NCBI GenBank assembly: GCA_964057225.1
Contig: OZ059900.1
Span: forward strand, 16,554,001-16,618,000
Reading direction: 5' to 3'
From: Auanema rhodensis
Lineage: Eukaryota > Animalia > Nematoda
Length of the DNA stretch: 64,000 nucleotides
Shown: positions 26,501 through 41,100 of the stretch, piece by piece
How positions within the stretch are numbered: the stretch's first letter is position 1
Layout of the letters: each line of letters opens with the position of its first letter
The notes under the pieces: model-generated
The model's database searches: none
Seen by the model: the letters and a program-made list of their open reading frames with translations, nothing else
What the model was told of the DNA's origin: nothing
Made by a program: the position numbers and the translations under genes

Positions 26501-28088
26501 GTGTAATAGATAATAGCAATAATAGTTTCGTTTCTGTTTTTAATTAACTTTTCTGTACGCGAGTTATAATATTTAGAACGTGATTCCTTGATTATGAAAA
26601 ATTTTTAGTGCCTGCACTGATAATATAACTGGAAACAGGCAGTACGCGATACGCAAATATTTGAATGACAGCTTTATTACAATACGACTTAGCTTACTCA
26701 ATCATATCAAGCTTCATGAACAGGGACTGTTTGTGTAATAGATGATAGCAATGATAGTTTTGTTTCTTTTTTTAATTAACTTTCCAGTACGCGAGTTATC
26801 ATATTTAGAACGCGATTGCTTCATAATGAAAAATGTTTAGAGCCTGCACTGATAATATAACTGGCAACAGGCAATACGCAAACATTTGAATGACAGCTTT
26901 ATTACAATACGACTTAGTTTACTCAATTATATCAAGCTTCATGAACACGGACTGTTTGTGTAATAGATAATAGCAATAATAGTTTCGTTTCTGTTTTTAA
27001 TTAACTTTCCTGTACGCGAGTTATAATATTTAGAACGTGATTCCTTGATTATAAAAACTTTCAGAGCCTGCACTGATAATATAATTGGAAACAGGCAGTA
27101 CGCAATACGCAAATATTTGAATGACAGCTTTATTACAATACGACTTAGTTTACTCAATTATATCAAGCTTCATGAACACGGACTGCTTGTGCAATAGATG
27201 ATAGCAATAATAGTTTCGTTTCTGTTTTTAATTAACTTTCCTGTACGCGAGTTATAATATTTAGAACGTGATTCCTTGATTATAAAATCTTTCAGAGCCT
27301 GCACTGATAATATAATTGGAAACAGGCAGTACACAATACGCAAACATTTGAATGACAGCTTTATTACAATACGACTTAGTTTACTCAATCATACCAATCT
27401 TCATGAACACGGACTGTTTGTGTAATAGATAATAGCAATAATAGTTTCGTTTCTGTTTTTAATTAACTTTCCTGTACGCGAGTTATAATATTTAGAACGT
27501 GATTCCTTGATTATAAAAACTTTTAGAGCCTGCACTGATAATATAATTGGAAACAGGCAGTACGCAATACGCAAATATTTGAATGACAGCTTTATTACAA
27601 TACGACTTAGTTTACTCAATCATACCAATCTTCATGAACACGGACTGTTTGTGTAATAGATAATAGCAATAATAGTTTCGTTTCTGTTTTTAATTAACTT
27701 TCCTGTACGCGAGTTATAATATTTAGAACGTGATTCCTTGATTATGAAAAATTTTTATTGCCTGCACTGATAATATATCTGGAAACAGGCAGTACGCGAT
27801 ACGCAAATATTTGAATGACAGCTTTATTACAATACGACTTAGCTTATTCAATCATATCAAGCTTCATGAACAGGGACTGTTTGTGTAATAGATGATAGCA
27901 ATGATAGTTTTGTTTCTTTTTTTAATTAACTTTCCAGTACGCGAGTTATCATATTTAGAACGCGATTGCTTCATAATGAAAAATGTTTAGAGCCTGCACT
28001 GATAATATAACTGGCAACAGGCAATACGCAAACATTTGAATGACAGCTTTATTACAATACGACTTAGTTTACTCAATTATATCAAGCT

Positions 28089-29270
28089 TCATGAACACGG
28101 ACTGTTTGTGTAATAGATAATAGCAATAATAGTTTCGTTTCTGTTTTTAATTAACTTTCCTGTACGCGAGTTATAATATTTAGAACGTGATTCCTTGATT
28201 ATAAAAACTTTCAGAGCCTGCACTGATAATATAATTGGAAACAGGCAGTACGCAATACGCAAATATTTGAATGACAGCTTTATTACAATACGACTTCGTT
28301 GACTTAGTTTACTCAATTATATCAAGCTTCATGAACAGGGACTGTTTGTGTAATAGATAATAGCAATAATAGTTTCGTTTCTGTTTTTAATTAACTTTCC
28401 TGTACGCGAGTTATAATATTTAGAACGTGATTCCTTGATTATAAAAACTTTCAGAGCCTGCACTGATAATATAATTGGAAACAGGCAGTACGCAATACGC
28501 AAACATTTGAATGACAGCTTTATTACAATACGACTTAGTTTACTCAATCATACCAATCTTCATGAACACGGACTGTTTGTGTAATAGATAATAGCAATAA
28601 TAGTTTCGTTTCTGTTTTTAATTAACTTTCCTGTACGCGAGTTATAATATTTAGAACGTGATTCCTTGATTATAAAAACTTTCAGAGCCTGCACTGATAA
28701 TATAATTGGAAACAGGCAGTACGCAATACGCAAATATTTGAATGACAGCTTTATTACAATACGACTTCGTTGACTTAGTTTACTCAATTATATCAAGCTT
28801 CATGAACAGGGACTGTTTGTGTAATAGATAATAGCAATAATAGTTTCGTTTCTGTTTTTAATTAACTTTCCTGTACGCGAGTTATAATATTTAGAACGTG
28901 ATTCCTTGATTATAAAAACTTTCAGAGCCTGCACTGATAATATAATTGGAAACAGGCAGTACGCAATACGCAAACATTTGAATGACAGCTTTATTACAAT
29001 ACGACTTAGTTTACTCAATCATACCAATCTTCATGAACACGGACTGTTTGTGTAATAGATAATAGCAATAATAGTTTCGTTTCTGTTTTTAATTAACTTT
29101 CCTGTACGCGAGTTATAATATTTAGAACGTGATTCCTTGATTATAAAAACTTTCAGAGCCTGCACTGATAATATAATTGGAAACAGGCAGTACGCAATAC
29201 GCAAATATTTGAATGACAGCTTTATTACAATACGACTTCGTTGACTTAGTTTACTCAATTATATCAAGCT
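28089..29270 (+). repeat. SatB 471-bp dimer (240+231) repeated 2.5 times; the same block at 39642-40823 and 1.5 copies at 43819-44529
   Basis: Alternating spacing of 240/231 (28089, 28329, 28560, 28800, 29031). The 240-bp units carry GACTTCGTT-GACTTAGTT. Confidence 0.9.
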
Positions 29271-32200
29271 TCATGAACAGGGACTGTTTGTGTAATAGAT
29301 GATAGCAATGATAGTTTTGTTTCTTTTTTTAATTAACTTTCCAGTACGCGAGTTATCATATTTAGAACGCGATTGCTTCATAATGAAAAATGTTTAGAGC
29401 CTGCACTGATAATATAACTGGCAACAGGCAATACGCAAACATTTGAATGACAGCTTTATTACAATACGACTTAGTTTACTCAATCATACCAATCTTCATG
29501 AACACGGACTGTTTGTGTAATAGATAATAGCAATAATAGTTTCGTTTCTGTTTTTAATTAACTTTCCTGTACGCGAGTTATAATATTTAGAACGTGATTC
29601 CTTGATTATGAAAAATTTTTAGAGCCTGCACTGATAATATAACTGGAAACAGGCAGTACGCGATACGCAAATATTTGAATGACAGCTTTATTACAATACG
29701 ACTTAGTTTACTCAATTATATCAAGCTTCATGAACACGGACTGCTTGTGTAATATATAATAGCAATAATAGTTTCGTTTCTGTTTTTAATTAACTTTCCT
29801 GTACGCGAGTTATAATATTTAGAACGTGATTCCTTGATTATGAAAAACTTTCAGAGCCTGCACTGATAATATAATTGGAAACAGGCAGTACGCAATACGC
29901 AAACATTTGAATGACAGCTTTATTACAATACGACTTAGTTTACTCAATTATATCAAGCTTCATGAACACGGACTGCTTGTGTAATATATAATAGCAATAA
30001 TAGTTTCGTTTCTGTTTTTAATTAACTTTCCTGTACGCGAGTTATAATATTTAGAACGTGATTCCTTGATTATGAAAAACTTTCAGAGCCTGCACTGATA
30101 ATATAATTGGAAACAGGCAGTACGCAATACGCAAACATTTGAATGACAGCTTTATTACAATACGACTTAGTTTACTCAATTATATCAAGCTTCATGAACA
30201 CGGACTGCTTGTGTAATAGATAATAGCAATAATAGTTTCGTTTCTGTTTTTAATTAACTTTCCTGTACGCGAGTTATAATATTTAGAACGTGATTCCTTG
30301 ATTATGAAAAACTTTCAGAGCCTGCACTGATAATATAATTGGAAACAGGCAGTACGCAATACGCAAACATTTGAATGACAGCTTTATTACAATACGACTT
30401 AGTTTACTCAATCATACCAATCTTCATGAACACGGACTGTTTGTGTAATAGATAATAGCAATAATAGTTTTGTTTCTGTTTTTAATTAACTTTCCTGTAC
30501 GCGAGTTATAATATTTAGAACGTGATTCCTTGATTATGAAAAACTTTCAGAGCCTGCACTGATAATATAATTGGAAACAGGCAGTACGCAATACGCAAAC
30601 ATTTGAATGACAGCTTTATTACAATACGACTTAGTTTACTCAATTATATCAAGCTTCATGAACACGGACTGCTTGTGTAATATATAATAGCAATAATAGT
30701 TTCGTTTCTGTTTTTAATTAACTTTCCTGTACGCGAGTTATAATATTTAGAACGTGATTCCTTGATTATAAAAACTTTCAGAGCCTGCACTGATAATATA
30801 ATTGGAAACAGGCAGTACGCAATACGCAAACATTTGAATGACAGCTTTATTACAATACGACTTAGTTTACTCAATCATACCAATCTTCATGAACACGGAC
30901 TGTTTGTGTAATAGATAATAGCAATAATAGTTTCGTTTCTGTTTTTAATTAACTTTCCTGTACGCGAGTTATAATATTTAGAACGTGATTCCTTGATTAT
31001 GAAAAATTTTTAGAGCCTGCACTGATAATATAACTGGAAACAGGCAGTACGCGATACGCAAATATTTGAATGACAGCTTTATTACAATACGACTTAGTTT
31101 ACTCAATTATATCAAGCTTCATGAACACGGACTGCTTGTGTAATATATAATAGCAATAATAGTTTCGTTTCTGTTTTTAATTAACTTTCCTGTACGCGAG
31201 TTATAATATTTAGAACGTGATTCCTTGATTATGAAAAACTTTCAGAGCCTGCACTGATAATGTAATTGGAAACAGGCAGTACGCAATACGCAAACATTTG
31301 AATGACAGCTTTATTACAATACGACTTTGTTTACTCAATTATATCAAGCTTCATGAACAGGGACTGTTTGTGTAATAGATGATAGCAATGATAGTTTCGT
31401 TTCTTTTTTTAATTAACTTTCCAGTACGCGAGTTATCATATTTAGAACGCGATTGCTTCATAATGAAAAATGTTTAGAGCCTGCACTGATAATATAACTG
31501 GCAACAGGCAATACGCAAACATTTGAATGACAGCTTTATTACAATACGACTTAGTTTACTCAATCATACCAATCTTCATGAACACGGACTGTTTGTGTAA
31601 TAGATAATAGCAATAATAGTTTCGTTTCTGTTTTTAATTAACTTTCCTGTACGCGAGTTATAATATTTAGAACGTGATTCCTTGATTATGAAAAAATTTT
31701 TAGAGCCTGCACTGATAATATAACTGGAAACAGGCAGTACGCGATACGCAAATATTTGAATGACAGCTTTAATACAATACGACTTAGCTTACTCAATCAT
31801 ATCAAGCTTCATGAACAGGGACTGTTTGTGTAATAGATGATAGCAATGATAGTTTCGTTTCTTTTTTTAATTAACTTTCCAGTACGCGAGTTATCATATT
31901 TAGAACGCGACTGCTTCATAATGAAAAATGTTTAGAGCCTGCACTGATAATATAACTGGCAACAGGCAATACGCAAACATTTGAATGACAGCTTTATTAC
32001 AATACGACTTAGTTTACTCAATCATATCAAGCTTCATGAACAGGGACTGCTTGTGTAATAGATGATAGCAATGATAGTTTCGTTTCTTTTTTTAATTAAC
32101 TTTCCAGTACGCGAGTTATCATATTTAGAACGCGATTGCTTCATAATGAAAAATGTTTAGAGCCTGCACTGATAATATAACTGGAAACAGGCAGTACGCG

Positions 32201-34699
32201 ATACGCAAATATTTGAATGACAGCTTTATTACAATACGACTTAGTTTACTCAATTATATCAAGCTTCATGAACACGGACTGCTTGTGTAATATATAATAG
32301 CAATAATAGTTTCGTTTCTGTTTTTAATTAACTTTCCTGTACGCGAGTTATAATATTTAGAACGTGATTCCTTGATTATGAAAAACTTTCAGAGCCTGCA
32401 CTGATAATGTAATTGGAAACAGGCAGTACGCAATACGCAAACATTTGAATGACAGCTTTATTACAATACGACTTTGTTTACTCAATTATATCAAGCTTCA
32501 TGAACAGGGACTGTTTGTGTAATAGATGATAGCAATGATAGTTTCGTTTCTTTTTTTAATTAACTTTCCAGTACGCGAGTTATCATATTTAGAACGCGAT
32601 TGCTTCATAATGAAAAATGTTTAGAGCCTGCACTGATAATATAACTGGCAACAGGCAATACGCAAACATTTGAATGACAGCTTTATTACAATACGACTTA
32701 GTTTACTCAATCATACCAATCTTCATGAACACGGACTGTTTGTGTAATAGATAATAGCAATAATAGTTTCGTTTCTGTTTTTAATTAACTTTCCTGTACG
32801 CGAGTTATAATATTTAGAACGTGATTCCTTGATTATGAAAAAATTTTTAGAGCCTGCACTGATAATATAACTGGAAACAGGCAGTACGCGATACGCAAAT
32901 ATTTGAATGACAGCTTTAATACAATACGACTTAGCTTACTCAATCATATCAAGCTTCATGAACAGGGACTGTTTGTGTAATAGATGATAGCAATGATAGT
33001 TTCGTTTCTTTTTTTAATTAACTTTCCAGTACGCGAGTTATCATATTTAGAACGCGACTGCTTCATAATGAAAAATGTTTAGAGCCTGCACTGATAATAT
33101 AACTGGCAACAGGCAATACGCAAACATTTGAATGACAGCTTTATTACAATACGACTTAGTTTACTCAATCATATCAAGCTTCATGAACAGGGACTGCTTG
33201 TGTAATAGATGATAGCAATGATAGTTTCGTTTCTTTTTTTAATTAACTTTCCAGTACGCGAGTTATCATATTTAGAACGCGATTGCTTCATAATGAAAAA
33301 TGTTTAGAGCCTGCACTGATAATATAACTGGAAACAGGCAGTACGCGATACGCAAATATTTGAATGACAGCTTTATTACAATACGACTTAGTTTACTCAA
33401 TTATATCAAGCTTCATGAACACGGACTGCTTGTGTAATATATAATAGCAATAATAGTTTCGTTTCTGTTTTTAATTAACTTTCCTGTACGCGAGTTATAA
33501 TATTTAGAACGTGATTCCTTGATTATGAAAAATTTTTAGAGCCTGCACTGATAATATAACTGGAAACAGGCAGTACGCGATACGCAAATATTTGAATGAC
33601 AGCTTTAATACAATACGACTTAGCTTACTCAATTATATCAAGCTTCATGAACACGGACTGCTTGTGTAATAGATGATAGCAATGATAGTTTCGTTTCTTT
33701 TTTTAATTAACTTTCCAGTACGCGAGTTATAATATTTAGAACGTGATTCCTTGATTATGAAAAACTTTCAGAGCCTGCACTGATAATATAATTGGAAACA
33801 GGCAATACGCAAACATTTGAATGACAGCTTTATTACAATACGACTTAGTTTACTCAATTATATCAAGCTTCATGAACACGGACTGTTTGTGCAATAGATG
33901 ATAGCAAGGATAGTTTCGTTTCTTTTTTTAATTAACTTTCCAGTACGCGAGTTATAATATTTAGAACGTGATTCCTTGATTATGAAAAATTTTTAGAGCC
34001 TGCACTGATAATATAACTGGAAACAGGCAGTACGCGATACGCAAATATTTGAATGACAGCTTTATTACAATACGACTTAGTTTACTCAATTATATCAAGC
34101 TTCATGAACACGGACTGCTTGTGCAATAGATGATAGCAAGGATAGTTTCGTTTCTTTTTTTAATTAACTTTCCAGTACGCGAGTTATAATATTTAGAACG
34201 CGATTCCTTGATAATGAAAAACTTTCAGAGCCTGCACTGATAATATAATTGGAAACAGGCAGTACGCAATACGCAAACATTTGAATGACAGCTTTATTAC
34301 AATACGACTTAGTTTACTCAATCATACCAATCTTCATGAACACGGACTGTTTGTGTAATAGATAATAGCAATAATAGTTTCGTTTCTGTTTTTAATTAAC
34401 TTTCCTGTACGCGAGTTATAATATTTAGAACGTGATTCCTTGATTATAAAAACTTTCAGAGCCTGCACTGATAATATAATTGGAAACAGGCAGTACGCAA
34501 TACGCAAATATTTGAATGACAGCTTTATTACAATACGACTTCGTTGACTTAGTTTACTCAATTATATCAAGCTTCATGAACAGGGACTGTTTGTGTAATA
34601 GATGATAGCAATGATAGTTTTGTTTCTTTTTTTAATTAACTTTCCAGTACGCGAGTTATCATATTTAGAACGCGATTGCTTCATAATGAAAAATGTTTA

Positions 34700-37600
34700 G
34701 AGCCTGCACTGATAATATAACTGGCAACAGGCAATACGCAAACATTTGAATGACAGCTTTATTACAATACGACTTAGTTTACTCAATCATACCAATCTTC
34801 ATGAACACGGACTGTTTGTGTAATAGATAATAGCAATAATAGTTTCGTTTCTGTTTTTAATTAACTTTCCTGTACGCGAGTTATAATATTTAGAACGTGA
34901 TTCCTTGATTATGAAAAATTTTTAGAGCCTGCACTGATAATATAACTGGAAACAGGCAGTACGCGATACGCAAATATTTGAATGACAGCTTTATTACAAT
35001 ACGACTTAGTTTACTCAATTATATCAAGCTTCATGAACACGGACTGCTTGTGTAATATATAATAGCAATAATAGTTTCGTTTCTGTTTTTAATTAACTTT
35101 CCTGTACGCGAGTTATAATATTTAGAACGTGATTCCTTGATTATGAAAAACTTTCAGAGCCTGCACTGATAATATAATTGGAAACAGGCAGTACGCAATA
35201 CGCAAACATTTGAATGACAGCTTTATTACAATACGACTTAGTTTACTCAATTATATCAAGCTTCATGAACACGGACTGCTTGTGTAATATATAATAGCAA
35301 TAATAGTTTCGTTTCTGTTTTTAATTAACTTTCCTGTACGCGAGTTATAATATTTAGAACGTGATTCCTTGATTATGAAAAATTTTTAGAGCCTGCACTG
35401 ATAATATAACTGGAAACAGGCAGTACGCGATACGCAAATATTTGAATGACAGCTTTATTACAATACGACTTAGTTTACTCAATTATATCAAGCTTCATGA
35501 ACACGGACTGCTTGTGTAATATATAATAGCAATAATAGTTTCGTTTCTGTTTTTAATTAACTTTCCTGTACGCGAGTTATAATATTTAGAACGTGATTCC
35601 TTGATTATGAAAAACTTTCAGAGCCTGCACTGATAATATAATTGGAAACAGGCAGTACGCAATACGCAAACATTTGAATGACAGCTTTATTACAATACGA
35701 CTTAGTTTACTCAATTATATCAAGCTTCATGAACACGGACTGCTTGTGTAATATATAATAGCAATAATAGTTTCGTTTCTGTTTTTAATTAACTTTCCTG
35801 TACGCGAGTTATAATATTTAGAACGTGATTCCTTGATTATGAAAAACTTTCAGAGCCTGCACTGATAATATAATTGGAAACAGGCAGTACGCAATACGCA
35901 AACATTTGAATGACAGCTTTATTACAATACGACTTAGTTTACTCAATCATACCAATCTTCATGAACACGGACTGTTTGTGTAATAGATAATAGCAATAAT
36001 AGTTTCGTTTCTGTTTTTAATTAACTTTCCTGTACGCGAGTTATAATATTTAGAACGTGATTCCTTGATTATGAAAAAATTTTTAGAGCCTGCACTGATA
36101 ATATAACTGGAAACAGGCAGTACGCGATACGCAAATATTTGAATGACAGCTTTAGTACAATACGACTTAGCTTACTCAATCATATCAAGCTTCATGAACA
36201 GGGACTGTTTGTGCAATAGATGATAGCAATGATAGTTTCGTTTCTTTTTTTAATTAACTTTCCAGTACGCGAGTTATAATATTTAGAACGCGATTGCTTC
36301 ATAATGAAAAATGTTTAGAGCCTGCACTGATAATATAACTGGCAACAGGCAATACGCAAACATTTGAATGACAGCTTTATTACAATACGACTTAGTTTAC
36401 TCAATCATACCAATCTTCATGAACACGGACTGTTTGTGTAATAGATAATAGCAATAATAGTTTCGTTTCTGTTTTTAATTAACTTTCCTGTACGCGAGTT
36501 ATAATATTTAGAACGTGATTCCTTGATTATGAAAAATTTTTAGAGCCTGCACTGATAATATAACTGGAAACAGGCAGTACGCGATACGCAAATATTTGAA
36601 TGACAGCTTTATTACAATACGACTTAGTTTACTCAATTATATCAAGCTTCATGAACACGGACTGCTTGTGTAATATATAATAGCAATAATAGTTTCGTTT
36701 CTGTTTTTAATTAACTTTCCTGTACGCGAGTTATAATATTTAGAACGTGATTCCTTGATTATGAAAAACTTTCAGAGCCTGCACTGATAATATAATTGGA
36801 AACAGGCAGTACGCAATACGCAAACATTTGAATGACAGCTTTATTACAATACGACTTAGTTTACTCAATTATATCAAGCTTCATGAACACGGACTGCTTG
36901 TGTAATATATAATAGCAATAATAGTTTCGTTTCTGTTTTTAATTAACTTTCCTGTACGCGAGTTATAATATTTAGAACGTGATTCCTTGATTATGAAAAA
37001 TTTTTAGAGCCTGCACTGATAATATAACTGGAAACAGGCAGTACGCGATACGCAAATATTTGAATGACAGCTTTATTACAATACGACTTAGTTTACTCAA
37101 TTATATCAAGCTTCATGAACACGGACTGCTTGTGTAATATATAATAGCAATAATAGTTTCGTTTCTGTTTTTAATTAACTTTCCTGTACGCGAGTTATAA
37201 TATTTAGAACGTGATTCCTTGATTATGAAAAACTTTCAGAGCCTGCACTGATAATATAATTGGAAACAGGCAGTACGCAATACGCAAACATTTGAATGAC
37301 AGCTTTATTACAATACGACTTAGTTTACTCAATTATATCAAGCTTCATGAACACGGACTGCTTGTGTAATATATAATAGCAATAATAGTTTCGTTTCTGT
37401 TTTTAATTAACTTTCCTGTACGCGAGTTATAATATTTAGAACGTGATTCCTTGATTATGAAAAACTTTCAGAGCCTGCACTGATAATATAATTGGAAACA
37501 GGCAGTACGCAATACGCAAACATTTGAATGACAGCTTTATTACAATACGACTTAGTTTACTCAATCATACCAATCTTCATGAACACGGACTGTTTGTGTA

Positions 37601-38100
37601 ATAGATAATAGCAATAATAGTTTCGTTTCTGTTTTTAATTAACTTTCCTGTACGCGAGTTATAATATTTAGAACGTGATTCCTTGATTATGAAAAAATTT
37701 TTAGAGCCTGCACTGATAATATAACTGGAAACAGGCAGTACGCGATACGCAAATATTTGAATGACAGCTTTAGTACAATACGACTTAGCTTACTCAATCA
37801 TATCAAGCTTCATGAACAGGGACTGTTTGTGCAATAGATGATAGCAATGATAGTTTCGTTTCTTTTTTTAATTAACTTTCCAGTACGCGAGTTATAATAT
37901 TTAGAACGCGATTGCTTCATAATGAAAAATGTTTAGAGCCTGCACTGATAATATAACTGGCAACAGGCAATACGCAAACATTTGAATGACAGCTTTATTA
38001 CAATACGACTTAGTTTACTCAATCATACCAATCTTCATGAACACGGACTGTTTGTGTAATAGATAATAGCAATAATAGTTTCGTTTCTGTTTTTAATTAA
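34700..38100 (+). repeat. SatB 7-monomer (1618-bp) tandem duplication, only in the second 10-kb copy; ends approximate
   Basis: TTTAGTACAA at 36151 and 37769, versus a single occurrence (26216) in the first copy. This accounts for 11553-9935=1618. Confidence 0.88.
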
Positions 38101-41100
38101 CTTTTCTGTACGCGAGTTATAATATTTAGAACGTGATTCCTTGATTATGAAAAATTTTTAGTGCCTGCACTGATAATATAACTGGAAACAGGCAGTACGC
38201 GATACGCAAATATTTGAATGACAGCTTTATTACAATACGACTTAGCTTACTCAATCATATCAAGCTTCATGAACAGGGACTGTTTGTGTAATAGATGATA
38301 GCAATGATAGTTTTGTTTCTTTTTTTAATTAACTTTCCAGTACGCGAGTTATCATATTTAGAACGCGATTGCTTCATAATGAAAAATGTTTAGAGCCTGC
38401 ACTGATAATATAACTGGCAACAGGCAATACGCAAACATTTGAATGACAGCTTTATTACAATACGACTTAGTTTACTCAATTATATCAAGCTTCATGAACA
38501 CGGACTGTTTGTGTAATAGATAATAGCAATAATAGTTTCGTTTCTGTTTTTAATTAACTTTCCTGTACGCGAGTTATAATATTTAGAACGTGATTCCTTG
38601 ATTATAAAAACTTTCAGAGCCTGCACTGATAATATAATTGGAAACAGGCAGTACGCAATACGCAAATATTTGAATGACAGCTTTATTACAATACGACTTA
38701 GTTTACTCAATTATATCAAGCTTCATGAACACGGACTGCTTGTGCAATAGATGATAGCAATAATAGTTTCGTTTCTGTTTTTAATTAACTTTCCTGTACG
38801 CGAGTTATAATATTTAGAACGTGATTCCTTGATTATAAAATCTTTCAGAGCCTGCACTGATAATATAATTGGAAACAGGCAGTACACAATACGCAAACAT
38901 TTGAATGACAGCTTTATTACAATACGACTTAGTTTACTCAATCATACCAATCTTCATGAACACGGACTGTTTGTGTAATAGATAATAGCAATAATAGTTT
39001 CGTTTCTGTTTTTAATTAACTTTCCTGTACGCGAGTTATAATATTTAGAACGTGATTCCTTGATTATAAAAACTTTTAGAGCCTGCACTGATAATATAAT
39101 TGGAAACAGGCAGTACGCAATACGCAAATATTTGAATGACAGCTTTATTACAATACGACTTAGTTTACTCAATCATACCAATCTTCATGAACACGGACTG
39201 TTTGTGTAATAGATAATAGCAATAATAGTTTCGTTTCTGTTTTTAATTAACTTTCCTGTACGCGAGTTATAATATTTAGAACGTGATTCCTTGATTATGA
39301 AAAATTTTTATTGCCTGCACTGATAATATATCTGGAAACAGGCAGTACGCGATACGCAAATATTTGAATGACAGCTTTATTACAATACGACTTAGCTTAT
39401 TCAATCATATCAAGCTTCATGAACAGGGACTGTTTGTGTAATAGATGATAGCAATGATAGTTTTGTTTCTTTTTTTAATTAACTTTCCAGTACGCGAGTT
39501 ATCATATTTAGAACGCGATTGCTTCATAATGAAAAATGTTTAGAGCCTGCACTGATAATATAACTGGCAACAGGCAATACGCAAACATTTGAATGACAGC
39601 TTTATTACAATACGACTTAGTTTACTCAATTATATCAAGCTTCATGAACACGGACTGTTTGTGTAATAGATAATAGCAATAATAGTTTCGTTTCTGTTTT
39701 TAATTAACTTTCCTGTACGCGAGTTATAATATTTAGAACGTGATTCCTTGATTATAAAAACTTTCAGAGCCTGCACTGATAATATAATTGGAAACAGGCA
39801 GTACGCAATACGCAAATATTTGAATGACAGCTTTATTACAATACGACTTCGTTGACTTAGTTTACTCAATTATATCAAGCTTCATGAACAGGGACTGTTT
39901 GTGTAATAGATAATAGCAATAATAGTTTCGTTTCTGTTTTTAATTAACTTTCCTGTACGCGAGTTATAATATTTAGAACGTGATTCCTTGATTATAAAAA
40001 CTTTCAGAGCCTGCACTGATAATATAATTGGAAACAGGCAGTACGCAATACGCAAACATTTGAATGACAGCTTTATTACAATACGACTTAGTTTACTCAA
40101 TCATACCAATCTTCATGAACACGGACTGTTTGTGTAATAGATAATAGCAATAATAGTTTCGTTTCTGTTTTTAATTAACTTTCCTGTACGCGAGTTATAA
40201 TATTTAGAACGTGATTCCTTGATTATAAAAACTTTCAGAGCCTGCACTGATAATATAATTGGAAACAGGCAGTACGCAATACGCAAATATTTGAATGACA
40301 GCTTTATTACAATACGACTTCGTTGACTTAGTTTACTCAATTATATCAAGCTTCATGAACAGGGACTGTTTGTGTAATAGATAATAGCAATAATAGTTTC
40401 GTTTCTGTTTTTAATTAACTTTCCTGTACGCGAGTTATAATATTTAGAACGTGATTCCTTGATTATAAAAACTTTCAGAGCCTGCACTGATAATATAATT
40501 GGAAACAGGCAGTACGCAATACGCAAACATTTGAATGACAGCTTTATTACAATACGACTTAGTTTACTCAATCATACCAATCTTCATGAACACGGACTGT
40601 TTGTGTAATAGATAATAGCAATAATAGTTTCGTTTCTGTTTTTAATTAACTTTCCTGTACGCGAGTTATAATATTTAGAACGTGATTCCTTGATTATAAA
40701 AACTTTCAGAGCCTGCACTGATAATATAATTGGAAACAGGCAGTACGCAATACGCAAATATTTGAATGACAGCTTTATTACAATACGACTTCGTTGACTT
40801 AGTTTACTCAATTATATCAAGCTTCATGAACAGGGACTGTTTGTGTAATAGATGATAGCAATGATAGTTTTGTTTCTTTTTTTAATTAACTTTCCAGTAC
40901 GCGAGTTATCATATTTAGAACGCGATTGCTTCATAATGAAAAATGTTTAGAGCCTGCACTGATAATATAACTGGCAACAGGCAATACGCAAACATTTGAA
41001 TGACAGCTTTATTACAATACGACTTAGTTTACTCAATCATACCAATCTTCATGAACACGGACTGTTTGTGTAATAGATAATAGCAATAATAGTTTCGTTT